Origin: Planctomycetota bacterium
Lineage (GTDB): Bacteria; Planctomycetota; UBA8108; UBA1146
DNA: 10,112 nucleotides
NCBI GenBank assembly: GCA_036338595.1
Contig: JAYZBV010000056.1
Span: 1-10,112, forward strand
Reading direction: 5' to 3'
Both the position numbers and the translations under genes were made by a program. Under the pieces are notes generated by a model, which had not been told where the DNA came from, searched no databases, and worked only from the letters and a program-made list of their open reading frames with translations. Shown here piece after piece: positions 8,357 through 10,112 of this stretch (position 1 is the stretch's first letter; each line of letters opens with the position of its first letter).

Positions 8357-8363
8357 ATCCCCG

Positions 8364-10112
8364 ATGGGCTCATCCGACAGTACGTGCCTCAGTCACGACA
8401 TTCTCATCGTCGGGGGAGGCGGTGCCGGCCTACGAGCGGCGATCGCCATCGGCGAGGAAAATCCCGACCTGACCGTCGGTGTCATCTCGAAGATCTATCC
8501 GATGCGCTCTCATACCGTCTCTGCCGAGGGCGGAGCCGCTGCCGTGATCCAGGAGAGCGACAGCCACGACCATCACTGCTACGACACCATCAGCGGCGCC
8601 GACTGGCTCGCCGACCAGGATGCAGTCGAGACCTTCGTCGAGGAAGCCCCACGCGAGATGCTGCAACTGGAGCACTGGGGCTGCCCCTGGAGTCGCAACC
8701 CCGACGGAACCGTGGCCGTGCGCCCCTTCGGCGGCATGAAGATCGAGCGCACCTGGTACGCCTCCGACAAGACCGGCTTCCACATGCTGCACTCGTTGTT
8801 CCAGACCGCCATCAAATACGACAACGTGACTCGCTACGACGAGTGGTTCGCCACCAAGTTACTGATCGAAGATGGACGCTGTCAGGGAGTGGCCGCCGTG
8901 GAACTGGGCACCGGTCAGGTGAGAGCGATAGGCGGCAAGGCCGTGATCATGACCACCGGCGGCGCCGGGCGTATCTTCCCCTTCACCACCAACGCCGCAG
9001 TCAAGACCGGCGACGGCATGGCACTGGCCTACCGCGCCGGAGTGGCGCTCAAGGATATGGAGTTCATCCAGTATCACCCGACCGGATTGCCGGGGACGGG
9101 CATCCTCATCACCGAGGCCTCTCGTGGAGAAGGCGGCATCCTGCTCAACAAGAATGGTGAGCGGTACCTGAAGGATCACGACCTCGGTGAACCTGTCGAT
9201 GTCAACGACGAGCGTCATCCGGTCAAACGGACGATGGAACTGGGACCGCGCGACCGCCTGTCGCAGGCGTTCGAGCTGGAGCGCCAGAAGGGAAACACCC
9301 TGCAGGGCGAATATGGCGACTATGTCCATCTCGATCTGCGTCACATGGGCGAGAAGAAGATCAACAAGAAGCTGCCCTTCGTCAGGGAGCTGTGCCAGAA
9401 CTACGTCGGCATCGATCCGGTTCACGAGTTGATCCCGGTGCGGCCGGTGATCCACTACATGATGGGTGGTATCGACACCGATCTGGAAGCGGCCACATCG
9501 CTGCCGGGATTGTTCGCTGCCGGCGAGTGTGCCTGTGTCAGCATCAACGGCGCCAACCGACTCGGTTCCAATTCACTGACCGAGTTGCTGGTGTTCGGTG
9601 CCCGTGCGGCTCGCTCGGCGGTTCGTTTCGCCGAACAGAATCCGACCATCAACAAAGATGCGATCACTGCCCAGGCCACGCAGGAACAGACCCGCATCCG
9701 CGAGCAGTTCTTCCAGCCCGGCAAGGGTACCGAGACGATCGCCAGCATCCGCGTCGATCTCAATCGTGCGCTGGAGCAGGGCGCGGGCATCTACCGCACA
9801 GAGGAGTCGTTACAGACCGCCTGCGATCAGGTCAAGGAACTGAAGGAGCGCTACAAGTCGGTCGAGTTGGCGGACCACAGCCTGACCTTCAACACCGAAC
9901 TGATCGCCGTACTCGAACTGGGCAGCCTGCTCGATGTGGCAGAAGCAGTCACCCACAGCGCACTCAACCGACGCGAGTCTCGCGGCTCGCACCAGCGTTC
10001 CGACCATGTCGAGCGCGATGATGAACAGTTCCTCAAGCACTCATTGGCCTACCAGACCGACGGCGATCCACGCATCGAATACAGCGATGTGTCGATCACC
10101 CGCTGGCCCCCA
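8364..10112 (+). CDS. frdA: Fumarate reductase / succinate dehydrogenase flavoprotein subunit (E. coli FrdA-like), 3'-truncated close to its C-terminus
   Basis: Manual translation from ATG 8364, open to the window end (583 codons): [15 protein letters not shown] (FAD Rossmann), [15 protein letters not shown] (covalent FAD His50), [95 protein letters not shown], ending [11 protein letters not shown]. Confidence 0.95.
   Translation, partial: MGSSDSTCLSHDILIVGGGGAGLRAAIAIGEENPDLTVGVISKIYPMRSHTVSAEGGAAAVIQESDSHDHHCYDTISGADWLADQDAVETFVEEAPREMLQLEHWGCPWSRNPDGTVAVRPFGGMKIERTWYASDKTGFHMLHSLFQTAIKYDNVTRYDEWFATKLLIEDGRCQGVAAVELGTGQVRAIGGKAVIMTTGGAGRIFPFTTNAAVKTGDGMALAYRAGVALKDMEFIQYHPTGLPGTGILITEASRGEGGILLNKNGERYLKDHDLGEPVDVNDERHPVKRTMELGPRDRLSQAFELERQKGNTLQGEYGDYVHLDLRHMGEKKINKKLPFVRELCQNYVGIDPVHELIPVRPVIHYMMGGIDTDLEAATSLPGLFAAGECACVSINGANRLGSNSLTELLVFGARAARSAVRFAEQNPTINKDAITAQATQEQTRIREQFFQPGKGTETIASIRVDLNRALEQGAGIYRTEESLQTACDQVKELKERYKSVELADHSLTFNTELIAVLELGSLLDVAEAVTHSALNRRESRGSHQRSDHVERDDEQFLKHSLAYQTDGDPRIEYSDVSITRWPP

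Noticed and set aside
8384..10021. Plus-strand ORFs 8384..9160 and 9392..10021 (Arg-rich) from the ORF track
   Set aside because: Out-of-frame shadows of frdA, which runs uninterrupted from 8364 to the window end. There is no frameshift or pseudogene.
1..10112. CRISPR arrays, tRNA/rRNA, IS elements, prophage or defence genes
   Set aside because: The window is almost fully occupied by five CDSs. No spaced direct repeats, terminal inverted repeats, transposase, integrase or nuclease motifs were seen. The two nucleotidyltransferase motifs are explained by GlnE.

Overview
GC-rich (roughly 60% by eye) bacterial DNA, probably Planctomycetota/PVC (inferred from gene families), almost fully coding with five genes. 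(1) A 5'-truncated DUF1549(PSCyt2)/DUF1553(PSD1) protein (<1-2638) with a CxxCH motif and two inserted beta-rich passenger domains. (2) Its usual partner, a Tat-exported DUF1501 protein (2643-4118). (3) A PldB/monoglyceride-lipase-like alpha/beta hydrolase with an extra helical insertion (4146-5216). (4) A convergent glnE, the bifunctional glutamine synthetase adenylyltransferase (minus strand, 5213 to a probable TTG start at 8203). (5) A divergent, 3'-truncated E. coli FrdA-like fumarate reductase/succinate dehydrogenase flavoprotein (8364->10112), absent from the ORF track because it has no stop in the window. I saw no mobile element, CRISPR array, tRNA or rRNA, and no new system is proven. 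The best leads are the modular PSD1/DUF1501 pair of unknown function, four alternating SD/anti-SD boxes in the glnE-frdA spacer that could sequester both ribosome-binding sites, the FrdA type in this background, and a strong excess of ATCGAT/CGATCG.
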